Under the pieces are notes generated by a model. It was given only the letters and a program-made list of their open reading frames with translations, was not told the DNA's origin and did not search any database. The translations under genes and the position numbers were made by a program. A DNA stretch of 64,000 nucleotides, taken from contig NC_087447.1 of assembly GCF_036321535.1 (NCBI RefSeq), positions 42,038,001-42,102,000 of the forward strand, given 5' to 3'. How positions within the stretch are numbered: position 1 is the first letter of the stretch; each line of letters starts with the position of its first letter. The stretch comes from Camelus dromedarius (lineage: Eukaryota). Positions 1 to 64,000 of the stretch are shown here, in pieces.

Positions 1-1515
1 CATTTAGAGAGTACTCTGCAGACTGTGGAGAAAAGGCCATTATTTGCCTGCAAGCTGGGTAGGCTGGAGGTTACAGGAGATTGAAGGTCCAGACAGTATG
101 TCATTTCTAAATTGCTTAGCTAGCCACCTGTACCACTGTTAGCTGGTAAGCAAAAGAGACCACGCATACATATCCAGGTATAAGATGCTGAAGATGCATG
201 ACCAGCTTTCTAGGCATTTACAATGGTGAGACAAGCATCTCATCTTAGCACTGTGGGGTCACAAAGGAGCCTATGATATTCATTATCCCAGCCCTCTGTG
301 GAAGAAAGAAAGCTTTGTATGGTGTTGTATGTTTAGAAACTGTTGGGGGGGTGGTGAAATTATATATATATCTATAAAATCGAGCTTATTCCAAGCTACA
401 ACAGAGATATATCAATTTTAAATTTTAAGGTATCTTAGAATTGTCTTGCATATATAAAACAAAAGATACAGCTCTAGCTGGAAAAAATTCAACAATCCCT
501 CTGAGTTTAAGTTACACCTAAAGTGATTCACAATAGGAAATTTAGGGAATACTAGTATTCTGTGACTTCTAATGATTATCTACAACGTATTTCATAATCC
601 TCAGATTTATATTTCAGATGACTAAAGACAAGGTCTGGTAAAACTATTTAACAGTTAAAGAATCCTTATCACTTTCACCAAATGACAAGAAAACACAAAG
701 AGTTCTCTTCTCTATGGAAGAGAAGAACATAATCAAAAACAATCTTACCTGAAACTTTTCATCTCAGTGTGATTATTCAGGAAAGTCATTCTTTTCTAAT
801 TCTTTGATTTGTAAATATCAAGAAAAAACAAACCATTTAAATAAATAAAGTACTTTTAGGTACAAATGACTTAAATCCTAGTTTCTCCTCTAATTAAAGC
901 TGATTCTCAAAAGGATACTCGAATTTCTGATCTCTTATTTTTTCTCTTCTCAAAAAGGGGAATTATGTTACTCTTTTCTATATTTCAGAAAGTTTATAGT
1001 GTCAGAAGTCAGGACACCACACATACACATTTAAAACACTTAAGAAACGAGTAAAGGTGGTAACAACTATAGCTGTCGTATGATCTCAAAGAAAATCCTG
1101 AGAGTTTGAATCAGTAGAGAGGGAGGCAGGGTGGCTTTCCATGCGGGAGGACTTCCACAAACATAGTTTGTAAGAACTGGTGGAGGAGGTGGCATGGCTA
1201 ACCAAGTGGATTAGGGGCATGCTTGACCAAAAAGCCAAACTGAGGCGTTTTGATTTGGGATGATAAGTAGTTTGTGTCCCACTCTAAGTTCTTGCATTTT
1301 TTGCCTAAAACAGTGTCCTGATGATAAGTCTTTTATGGGAAATTAATCTGCCGCCACATTAAAAAGTGATCTAACAAGGAGAGGCTTAGTGAAGGTCTGG
1401 ACAGTACTAGTGGTTGTGGGACTGGAGAAGAATGAGTTGAGCAATGTAATTATCAAAAAATATAAATGGCATATTCATATTAAATTGACATTCTCTTTGG
1501 TTTTATGACTTGTAG

Positions 1516-53543
<52,028 letters not shown>

Positions 53544-55220
53544 AGCCCATGGTCAACCCAGGCAGGAGACGGGGGGAGGGCTCATGCTGCCAAATAGAGA
53601 AGCAGCGCATTAACCCCGGCGGAGCTGACGGCGTCCTGCTCGGTTCAGATGAGTCATCCTTCGGCCTGAGGTTTCCTGCCCAGAGTTACCCATTCCCTTC
53701 GGTTGCTGCATCTGCTTAGCCTGAGTGGCCGTGTCACACGGGTCTGTCAAGAGCCCCCGGCCCGCCCTGTATCTTGCACTTGATTGTTCTAACAGGGTCT
53801 TTGTGGTTAGGGATCAGAAGAATGCTTCCTGAGCCAACTGTCATCCATCCCCTAGGCAAAGTGGCTACCCACCAGGGTCCTTCCTGAAAGCTGGATACTT
53901 TTTGCTCTCCAAGGTCATAATTTCCTTGGAGAGCTTTCTGACATCAAAAATCAAACCCCTGCAAGATTATCTTCCATCCTGTGCAGAATAGGTTTCCTGT
54001 CAGAGGCTCCTATTCTTACTGCCTGACCTTAGAGATGCTCAGTTCTCTGGTGCTGTCAAAGGTGCTTCCATAACCCCTGCTAGGCCACTGGGGTTCACAG
54101 CAAGACCCATCAGTGCTCTGTGGCAGGCAAGGTGGGCAGGGGCCACACAAGATCATCCTGATGGAAAAGACTGTCCAGGGAATGATGCAGCAATGACCAG
54201 ACCAATGCAGGGAAATACTGCTTCTACAACACTAAATTTTCTAGGCCAAAGGTGCCCTGAGGATCCAGGACGTTGTGTTCCCATGTATTTTTCTGCTCCC
54301 TGACAGCTTCTTACACAAAATAACATGCAAAAGCTGAATGCACTAACCCACAAAACGGACACTTGCACTGAATTCCTAAGTGAAGATGTTGGAAAGACAG
54401 AAGCCAGAGACCACACGACCCCTGTGATGAGGCCGTGTAGACCATGGCCGCACTGCGGCGTGACTGGATCCCCAGACAGCACCCTCCGCATGCGAACAGT
54501 AAGGACCTCTTTAGACTTTCATTAATTTTGATAACCTGTGTTTGTTCAGCTTAAGATTCCAGAAATGCTATTTGTTCACGGTCAACAGAAACAGCTTCTC
54601 TGTGACAGCCACCGTGGCCAACTGGAGTCCTAGGTAGCTACATCATTGCATTGTTTTGTAATGTTAATATGTTAAATACCAAACTAATATTTCAAAAATA
54701 TGTATATATGATTTCTATATCCTTGTTTTTCAGTCTGCTTATAATTTAATATAAAGTTAATTGATTCATTCATAAGATTCCAGTAATAAAATGGTTCCCT
54801 TTTTAAAAAATAAAAAGCCACTTTGTCTTTGTAGGTTAAAAATAAATCAGATTTTCAAATTTAAAATTATCTACAAGCTAGGAAATAGAACTGTGTTAAT
54901 ATATAAGAAATTAGAGGATAATAAGAATGAAGGATTTTTCTATCATTTTCATTTTATAAATTGCCACCTGTGAAAATGGTTTTTGCACATTATTTGTATT
55001 TTTCTTTGTATATGAAATAATTTTTTGTACTTTGTAAAATATGAAGTCCATTGTACCTTTAGCAATTTGAGACTACACAGTGCTTCTTTTGTAACTGGAT
55101 TCTTTTAACTTTCATGAAGGCACCACATGCCTTGCATTCACTAACCACCTTGAATTAAATTTATTTCTTAAGAAAAAGCATCCTTTATTTACTGAAATAA
55201 AGTTCATTGTGCAGTACGTA
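53544..55220 (+). other. SBF2: SBF2 3'UTR (3' end approximate)
   Basis: Follows the stop codon; apparently repeat-free, becoming AU-rich distally, ending shortly after AATAAA at 55196-55201. Confidence 0.75.
55196..55201 (+). terminator. Likely main polyadenylation signal of SBF2 (additional AATAAA at 54785, 54809, 54841)
   Basis: AATAAA preceded by U-rich sequence and TGTA motifs; composition changes shortly afterwards. Confidence 0.65.
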
Positions 55221-56668
55221 GCACTCAGGAGGCAACATTTATGATTCATACACGGGACTAAACGTTCAAGGGTAAAACACAGCATAGCCCATTTCCTGCC
55301 TTGGTTCTATTAATGTCATCACTGCCCTTTGCTCAGGAAGTACCAGGGACACTGGACATGCTGGCCTGAGCTTCTGGGTTCTGGACACACGGCTGCAGAA
55401 TTTAGGTTACGAGACCTGAGGCCGCCACGCCCACCCTGTGCCTCCAGTGAGCTGTGTGAAGTTGGTTAAGTTCACTGCCTCTTCCAGGTCACAGTTTTAC
55501 CACCTATGGCGTGTGGCAGTTTGTGAGAATTTCAGCAGGGGAACTGAATTCGTTTGGTAGCAGGTTTTCCTGCTTCAGGAAATTGTTGAACAGCAAAAAC
55601 AAAGGATCAGTGATTTCAGTCCCAGACAACACTCCCTCTAGGTAAGCCCTTGGAGTTTACCTTGGGAACCTAGCTACATCTCAGTGTGGAGCCAACAGAA
55701 TGCAAGTTCTCGTCTCAGGGGTGAACCTCTGAACTAGTCAGGAAGAGGCCCCCAAGGTGAGGCACTAACGTCCCCCTCCCTCAGATTTCCTCAGTCCAGA
55801 GGGCTCGTGTGACTCAGGCCTTCATTAATCCCAGGACTCTCCTCCTAATGGCTGGCTCTGGAACCTGCAGTTCTGCCCCTGCATGTCCCTGAGAGTCAGT
55901 CAGGAGGAAAACTGGGATTGGGAGCTGAGCACAAGTGTCAGGACGCCCTTCATTCCTCGGGTCTGAGCTGTGAGAGGGAGAAGGGCACTGGGTTCCAAGG
56001 AAGAAGCCTGGAGCCCTGCACCTGCAGCTCCTGTGACAAAGTCTCTCACACCTGGGTTCTTGAAAGATGCCGACCCAAGGGAGCATGTGAGTGCAGGACC
56101 CACTCCCCAGAACTCTTCAGCCCAGGTTCTTTTTCTCAGGCCCCAAATCCGTCCACTCAGTGTCCTCACGCCAGGGCTAGAGCTTTAATTGTTAATAGTC
56201 CAACTGGTTTGCTTCTGAATGAAAACTGACATTTATAGATATTTCATTAGGAGTTCTTTTAAGAGTTAAGTAACCCCATCGTCTCATAAAGAAATTCTGA
56301 ACAATCTCAAGATCTCAAGCGGATAACCAGGAAATGCCCTCAGCAACAGCAGCCTCAACCAGAGCTATGAATTAAGCCGAGAATAAAGCAGTATTGTGAC
56401 GGAGATAGGGCTCGGACAGCACTATCAAACAGATACATAATGCGAGGCACTGGTAGATCTTTTTTTAAGTAAAAAGAAATAGATGAAGTTCAGTTCATAA
56501 CATTTTATCTTATTTTCAATAATACATTGTTTACCTTTATCTATCAAACATTATTTCAACATGTAATCAATACAAAAAATTATTAATGAAATATTTTATA
56601 TCTTCGTTCATGCTGAGTCCACAAAATCCAGTGTCTATTTTGCACTACAGCACATCTGTTTGGACCAG

Positions 56669-59600
56669 TGTGTTCTTTTTTCTGACACCACTTCTCTTAC
56701 CAAATGAATGTCATTTTCCCACTCCAGTTCTCCCACACCGGCTAAGTACCCAGCAGTTCACCCAGTTCTGACACTACCACCCCAGAGGTAGCACAGACCC
56801 CACACTTAAGGGCTCAGCCCACCAGACTGCCCCCTTTCAGATGCCTGTTGCAATTCCCAGGGGAATCTGAGCAACCAGCTATAAATTTGGGGGGTGCCCA
56901 TAACCCCCTCCTTAGGTTCAGTGATTATTTAGAATAACTCACTGAACTCGAAAATATGTTTACTGATTTATCGTAAAGGAAACAACAGCCAAATGGAAGA
57001 GATGCATGGGGCAAGGTCTGGGCGAAGGGAGTGGTGTGGCGCTCCCATGCCCTCTCTGGGCGTGCCACCCTCCCAGCACCTCAGTGTGATCACCAACTGG
57101 AAAGCCCTCTGAATCTTGTTCAAGATTTTTTCATAACCCATTCTCCAATTCTTGAAAAGATAAACAAAATTGATAAACCTTTAGTCAGACTCATCAAGAA
57201 AAAAAGGGAGAGGGCCCAAATCAATAAAATCAGAAATGAAAAAGGGGAAGTTACAACCACAAAAAGGACAATGTGGAAGAAATGAACAATTTCTTAGAAA
57301 GGTACAATTTGCCAAGACTGAACCAGGAAGAAATAAGACAATATGAATAGACCAATTACCAGTACTGAAATTTAATCAGTAATTTAAAAACTCCCAACAA
57401 ACAACAGTCCAGGACAAGGTGGCTTCGCAGGTGAATTCCACCAAACATTTAGAGAAGAGTTAACGCCTATCTTTCTGAAACTATTCAAAAAATTTACAGA
57501 GGAAGGAACACTTCCAAACTCATTCTAAGAGGCCATTATCACCCAGATACCAAAACCAGACAGATACCACAAAAAAAATTACAGGCCAATATAACTTACG
57601 AATATAAATGCAAAAGTCCTCAACAAAATACTAGCAAATGGACTCCAACAATGCATTAAAAGGATCATACACCATGATCAAGTGGTATTTATTCCAGGAA
57701 TGCAGGAATTTTTCAATGTCAGCAAATCAATGTAATACACCACATAAACAAATTGAAGAATAAAAACAGTATGATGGTCTCAATAGATGCAGAAAAGGCT
57801 TTTGATAAAATTCAACATCCATTTATGATAAAAACTCTCCAGAAAGTGGGCTTAGGCAGATCATACCTCAACATAATAAAGGCCATATATGACAAACCCA
57901 CAGCTAACATCATTCTTAATGGGGAAAAGTTGAAGGCATTTCCTCTAAGATCAGAAACAAGACAAGGATGCCCACTCTTGCCACTTTTATTCAACATAGT
58001 CTTGAAAGATCCAGCCATAACAATCAGAGAAGAAAAATAAAAGGAATCCAAATTGGAAAAGAAGAAGTAAAACTGTCACTGTTCGCAGATGACATACTAT
58101 ACATAGAAAACCCTAAAAAAGCAACCAGAAAACTACTAGAGCTCATCAATGAATTTGATAAAGTTGCAAGATACAAAATTAATATGCAGAAATCAGGTGC
58201 ATTTCTATACACTAACAATGAAATAGCAGAAAAAGAAATTAAGGAAACAATACCATTTACCATTGCACCAAAAAGAATAAAATACCTAGGAATAAATCTA
58301 CCTAAGGAGGCAAAAGTCCTGTACTCTGAAAACTATAAGACACTGATGAAAGGAATTGAAGATGACAAACAAATGGAAAGATATACCGTGTTCTTGGATA
58401 GGAAGAATCAATACTGTTAAAATGGTCAGACTACCCAAGGCAATATACAGATTTAGTGCAACCCCTATCAAATTACCAACGACATTTTTCAAAGAGCTGG
58501 GGAAAAAAACGTTAAAATTTGTATGAAAACACAAAAGACCCCAAATAGCCAAAATAATCTTGAAAAAGAAGAATGGAGCTGGGGGAATAATGCTCCCTTT
58601 CAGACTATACTACAAAGCTACAGTAATCAAAACAGTATGGTGCTGGCACAAAAAAGACAGATCAATGGAACAGGATAGAAAGTCCAGAGATAAACCCACA
58701 CACTTATGCTCAATTAATCTATGACAAAGGAGACAAGAATATACAGTGGAGAAAAGACAGTCTTTTCAGTAAGTGGTGCTGGGAAAACTGGACAGCTACC
58801 TGTAAAAGAATGAAATTAGAACATTCTCTAAAAGCATATACAAAAACAAGCTCAAAATGGATTAAAGACTTAAATGTAATACCAGATACTATAAAACTAG
58901 AGGAAAACATAGGCAGAACACTCTTGGACAGAAATCACAGCAATACATTTTTTGAACCAGCTCCTGGAGTAATGGAAATAAAAGCAAAAATAAACAAATG
59001 GGATCTAATTAAACTTAAAAGCTTTTGCACAGCTAAGGTTACCATTAAGAATAAAAAGACAACCTACAGAATGGGAGAAAATATTTGCAAATGATGCAAC
59101 TGACAAGGGGCTAATTTCCAAAATATACAAACAGCTCATACACCTTAATATCAAAAAAAAACCCAATCAAAAAATGGGCAGAAGACCCAAATAGACATCT
59201 CTTCAAAGAAGACACACAGATGGCCAACAAGCACATAAAAAGACGCTCAACTAATTGTTAGAGAAATACAAATCAAAACTACAATGAGATATCACCTCAC
59301 ACCAGTCAGAATAGCCATCATTCAAAAGTCCACAAATGATAAATCCTGGAGAAGGGTGTGTAGAAAAAGGAACCCTCCTACACTGCTGGTGGGAATGTAA
59401 ATTGGGGTGACCACTATGGAGGACAGTATGGAGGCTCCTTAAAAAACTAAAAATAGATTTACCGTATGATCCAGCAATCCCACTCCTGGGCACATATCCA
59501 GAGAAAAATATAATTCAAAAAGACACATGCACCCCAATGTTCACAGCAGCACTATTTATGATAGCCAAGACATGGAAACAACCCAAATGTCTATCAACAG

Positions 59601-60349
59601 ATGAATGGATAAAGAAGATGTGGTAGGTAAACACAATGGCATACTACTCAGCCATAAAAAAGAACAGAATAATGCCATTTGCAGCAACATGGATGGACCT
59701 AGAGCTCATCATTCCAAGTAAGCCAGAAAGAAAGAAAAATGCCATATGATATCACTTATATGTGGAATCTTAAAAAGACATAAATGAACTAATTATTTAT
59801 AACTTAAGATAATTGATTCCTTGAATAAGTGTAAGCACATCTGACTGTCCCTTATGGTTGGATTACCGCATTCTGTTGATTCTTATTTTGTGGTTGGCTT
59901 TATTCCTTTGATAACTATGTAAGTTTAAAAAGCTAAAGCTCTAAACTGTTCTTAGAAACAACGAAAAGTACATATATGTAAATTTTAAAATGGTTTTAAT
60001 GAGTTGCTCTTCCGAGAATAAACTGTTTACTAAAAATATATATATAAAATAATAATAATAATAATAATAAAAGATTTTTTCCTAACCCATTCTCCAGGCT
60101 CCCCTTTCCTCCCTCAAAGCTTCACACATTCTACTCACATGCTGTTCTTCCTGGTGACTAGCCCCCATCCTGAAGCTATCTAGCGACCCCAGCCTGAGTC
60201 ACTGCATCACATAAACACAGGTGTGGTCAAAGGAACTCATTATGACTAATAAAAGATACTCCTGTCACTCAGGAAATTCTAAGGGTTTTAGGAACTATGC
60301 CATGAACTCAGGACAAAGACCAAAAAAATTTTGTTTTAATTATATTACA
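56669..60349 (-). mobile_element. MER21-like ERVL solo LTR in two halves (56669-57147 and 60071-60349), split by L1
   Basis: TG...CA ends; 5-bp TSD accag/actag; motifs cactcaggaaattctaagggttttagga and ttctgacactaccacccagag. Confidence 0.8.
57148..60070 (+). mobile_element. 5'-truncated, lineage-specific L1 (~2.9 kb), frameshifted ORF2
   Basis: RT motifs [23 protein letters not shown] and [16 protein letters not shown] 60017-60022; (AAT)n tail; 26-bp flanking duplication. Confidence 0.95.
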
Positions 60350-60633
60350 ACTAGCCACATTTCTAGTGCTACCATACTAGGCAGATTTAGAGCAAGTAGC
60401 CTCTCATAGCGGACCCAGCAGTGGGAAGAGCTAGGAATCAAGAGACCTGAGGGTTGGCTCTATTCTAATTCATGATGTGACCCTGAACCTGTGCCTTCAC
60501 TTTGTAGGCGTTGACCTATGAAATTAAGGACCCAGATCTGTGATTTTGTGGTTCTAATGGTTTAGCTTTGCAAAGACTGAGGTTCTAAAGTGAGATTTAA
60601 AAGATCTACTGAAAAAGACCAGATCATCTAAAC

Positions 60634-60790
60634 CAGCACTTCTCAAACTGTGACGCACGTATGAATCATCGTGTTAAAATGAAGATTCTGATTCACTAGG
60701 TCTGAGATGGGGCTTGACATCCCATGTTTCTGACAAGCTCCCAGGTGATGCTGAGGCTGCTGGTCCAAGGACCACACCTGAAGTAACAAA
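60634..60790. mobile_element. MER5A-like hAT MITE
   Basis: cagcacttctcaaact ... gattctgattcactaggtctg ... caggtgatgctgaggctgctggtccaaggaccacac. Confidence 0.75.
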
Positions 60791-60792
60791 GA

Positions 60793-61192
60793 TGTGTTCG
60801 TCCCAGTCCTCTGAGAAGCAGGCGCCAAATGGGAAGGAAAGCAGGGGCGCTGGGAGAGCCAGGAGACCGAGGTGCGGCTGTGACCTTGTGAAGGAGCCAG
60901 GGAGGAAGGGGAGGAAGGAACGTAGTTCAGGCGGGTGGGGCAGACTTAGACTGCAGGGCAATCCTAAGGAACTTCGCCAGGCAGGTGAGACATCCTCAAG
61001 CCACCACAGCTTGTCAGAGGAATCCCACACCTCCCAAGAAGGGGCCTGCCAGGGCCCCCTGCCCCCCTCAGTCACTGGCAGGCAGCAGCCCGGGAAGCAA
61101 ACACCGTTAGATTCCAGAGCACAGCAGCCGGCACCGAGTCACGTACAGTCCCCACTGCCGGAGACCCAGAAGAAGTGTTCACAGTGGTCACA
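60793..61192 (-). mobile_element. 3' LTR of a class III ERV, LTR33-like
   Basis: tgtgttcg ... gtggtcaca; motifs cttagactgcag, ctcagtcactggcaggcagcagccc and ttccagagcacagcagc; abuts the ERVL polypurine tract (aggggtggac on -, 61193-61202). Confidence 0.72.
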
Positions 61193-64000
61193 GTCCACCC
61201 CTGTGCCAGGTTCAGAGAGCAGTTTCTCCCTGTTCCCCTTGGGCCTCTCTTCCTAAGGGGAACTGAGAGGAGAGAAAGAGGGTGCTGGGGGACTAACTCC
61301 AGCCCCTGTCAGGCATAATCGCCCTCCCCTCGTGCTGGTTCCAGGGTAGCCAATGACAAGGACTGGCTAGTGTCAGCTGTCCAGGTCATTTGTTTACTTG
61401 CTTATTCCACTGCCTCTAATGTGCTGGGTGCTTTCTAAATGTGTTACTAAAATCTAGTCCCATATGTCCATCCACATGTCTCTGCCCCACATTTCCTTGT
61501 CCCCAGTCTTCCAGTCCTTTACTACCCAGGCCCCTTGACCAAACAGCCAGGCCACTGGCCATTGCCCAAGAGAGTGTGTATCTTCTCACTACCCTAGGCC
61601 ACTTTCTGTGCACAAAGTCCCTGAGCAAGTACTCGGCTCACAGCTCTGGGCAGTGGGAATAGTCTCCCTTTCCCTCACACCTCTGTCCTGCAGCCACTGT
61701 CCATCTTCAGCTTGTACCATGCACCACATTAACCACCCGTAAACCCAGCTCAGGCTTTTCCCTCTTTCATCTGGTGGTACAGGACCCTCCATGTGGCCAC
61801 CGGTACAAGCCAGAGGACAGGCACTGGTTCTGTCCTCATGCAGTTTACTTGTGCCCTCTGGCCCCACTGGGGCTCAGTCCTGGAGTCAGCATTTCCATCT
61901 GATGAAGTCTGCTGCCAGGCCCTTCCGACTCTATGACTTGACACATCCAACAAACCCGAACTCAGAATGGGCAGTTTCAGATGCCCCGTGAGCTGTGCCA
62001 TGGCCAAGTGTTCTGTCTCTACCAGCGCCTAGTAACATGCCAGAAACTGTTTCTCAAAAGGTGTGTATCCCTCCGTTGCTGAGAGCATGGCCTTGCCGTG
62101 GAATCCCAGGGGCCTGCTCTGATTCTCCCACTGGGACTTCCCGTAAGCGCCATATCTTTCCCTTTCCCACTACTGACACTTCCAACACCGGAGAGTCTGC
62201 CAAACTGCATGACCCATTGGCAGGACCTGGACCTTCTGCAGTGACTCTTCCTGTCACCTACCTACAGCTGGCAGCCTTCCACATCACCCAGAATTGTGCT
62301 GCCTCTAATCACAAAGAGGGTTACCAGCCACTGTGCGTTCTTCACCATAGTACAAGATAAAAGAGGCAGCAATTTCTTTTACTTGGGAGGGGATATGCTG
62401 GCGTACCACTGAACCCCTTAAAAACTTCCTTGAAGTGGCAGGTCCTTGAGTCTTCATAGGTTTATATGCCACACCCCAGACTGCACGTTATTCCCCCATG
62501 GCTTCCAGCATAGAGGCACCTCTTGCCCATCCTGTCCAATCAGCACAGTGTCGTCGATGTAATGGACCGCTGTGAGGTTCTGTGGGATAGCCACGTGGCC
62601 CGGACCTCTTGGGGTTCGATTATGACAGAGGGAAAGTCCGTTAACGTGGCCCTGAGGCAAAACTGTAAATGAGTATTGTTGTTCATCCCATGTGAATGTG
62701 AATTGTTCCTGATCCTCTTTTCAAATTGGAATGGAAAAGAATGCATTCGCCAAATGCCTGCCAACCACATACCCAAGGCCTTATTAATCAGCTCTAGCAA
62801 TGATCCCACGCCCGGCACAGCAGTTGCAAACAGGACTACTACTTAGTTAAGCCTGAGGCAGTCCACCGCCTACCTCCAGCATCCGTCCCATTTCTGCAAA
62901 GGTTGGACTGGTGAATGAAAAGGAGAAATGGTAGGGCCACCACCCCTTCGTCCTTTATTAATGGTTCATTCACTTCTGCCATGACCCCTGGGAGGAGATG
63001 CTATTTTTTCCTACTACCTTGAGCAGGGTAAGGGAGTACAGAGAAAGCCGTTTCAGAAGTTTCCACTTGGCCCTCTCTGCTGTGATATGACAGTCCTACC
63101 CAGTGGGCCAGGCACCCAGCGTGGGGTCACTCCAATTATGAATTCTAATTGAACACTTGGGTACAAGGGACTGCTGGGTGGGTTGTGGACCCAGCGAGCC
63201 TACTGCAAGCCAAACCTTTGCCAGGATTCCATGTACTCTAGGCCCTGCTCTGAAAAAGGGCCTGTGATGAAGCTTTGAGTCTCCAGTTGTTAATGTCAAC
63301 TCAAACTCTGTGTCTACTGATGCCCTTTCTCTAGTGAACAGTCAATAAAAGGCCACAGACCTCCGGGGAAAAACTGGGAATCATCATGATACACCCTGGC
63401 TGGTTTCGCAGGGCCCTTCCTCCTAGAGACCTGGCCACCTCTTCAGTTATGGGTTCCATATCTGAAAACGGGCTCGGGTCTGGGAACTTAGCAAGGGACC
63501 GTGACTTTCTGTTGCCCCTACTTCCTGCTCCTCCATTCCTGTCTGCTTTCCTGCATGTAGATATTCAGCAGAGCCTACTGGCTACCAGTCTGTTTTGTCC
63601 CTAGGGACACCGGGCTCTGTTCACCATCTCCACACTGTCTGCGAGGCAATCCCCCTTACCTGCCCCTCTGTCCCTGCCTGTCATTACTGGCCTTGTGTAA
63701 TACATCATTCCAGGTGCCCCCTTTCCTCAGCTACTGTAAATTTCTCCTCCTCCTTCTGCCCAGGGAACTTGGGTATTTCCACTTCACTGAGTGCTGGACA
63801 CTTTTTCCAGATTTCTAAGAGAGTCTGCCCCATCCGTTGGTGTCCTAGCTAGGGTATTAGATCTTGTGTGTCCTCAAGTCAATGGCCTCTTGCTTATCCA
63901 GTCTTCAGTTCCAGCCCCCTCAATCAAGCTCTCTCAAAATCCAATCTCAGGAGCATCCCCTGCCCCTGCCAGTATCCATGATAGCTCCTGTTCTTTCATG
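61193..64000 (-). mobile_element. Decayed ERVL-type internal region (gag-pro-pol remnants), continuing past the window end
   Basis: RT remnant PQGHVNGLSLCHN...VHYIDDTVLIG (62454-62660, -); GVGSLLELINKALGMWLAGI; protease-adjacent GILAKVWLAVGSLGPQ (63096-63299, -). Confidence 0.88.

Larger units (their letters stand above)
56417..60385 (+). mobile_element. MER33-like hAT MITE in two halves (56417-56668 and 60350-60385), split by an LTR
   Basis: atttcaacatgtaatcaatacaaaaaattattaatgaaatattttat ... cagcacatctgtttggaccag | actagccacatttctagtgctaccata. Confidence 0.7.

Noticed and set aside
55160..55189. Minus-strand AATAAA pair as the end of a convergent transcript
   Set aside because: Equally explained as U-rich upstream elements of the SBF2 poly(A) site; no antisense exon could be supported
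57148..59700. Functional L1 ORF2 / reverse transcriptase
   Set aside because: 5'-truncated, with many frameshifts and stops
60714..61256. 180-aa ORF and neighbouring GC-rich ORFs
   Set aside because: Span MER5-like and LTR sequence; no recognisable domain or splice structure
62454..62818. Domesticated retroviral pol gene
   Set aside because: RT is split across frames with stops; a decayed provirus

Overview
Mammalian genomic DNA, most likely a camelid: three tRNA-derived Vic-1-type SINEs are present. The window holds the 3' part of SBF2 (MTMR13, a myotubularin-family pseudophosphatase and the CMT4B2 gene) on the + strand. I traced 16 constitutive coding exons by hand (1516-53543, 2440 nt, all GT-AG with matching phases). 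They correspond to human exons 25-40 by recalled numbering and encode the dead phosphatase domain, coiled coil, PH domain and C-terminal ISDA*. Two frame-preserving cassette exons (96 and 75 nt) lie in one intron, and a ~1.7 kb 3'UTR ends near 55220. The rest is intron and downstream DNA rich in L1, MIR, L2, hAT MITEs, MaLR/ERVL LTRs and a decayed class III (ERVL) provirus. I found no convincing new biological system. The most interesting observations are: a TSD-flanked L1 insertion with apparent 3' transduction; a non-canonical L1 3' tail shared by two insertions; regulated-splicing signatures (a 154-nt AG-exclusion zone, a recursive/poison micro-exon site, a SINE in a branch-point zone); a duplication-plus-hairpin micro-rearrangement; and a three-level nested transposon stack. 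Repeat family names and orthologue comparisons come from recalled consensus sequences, not from searches.
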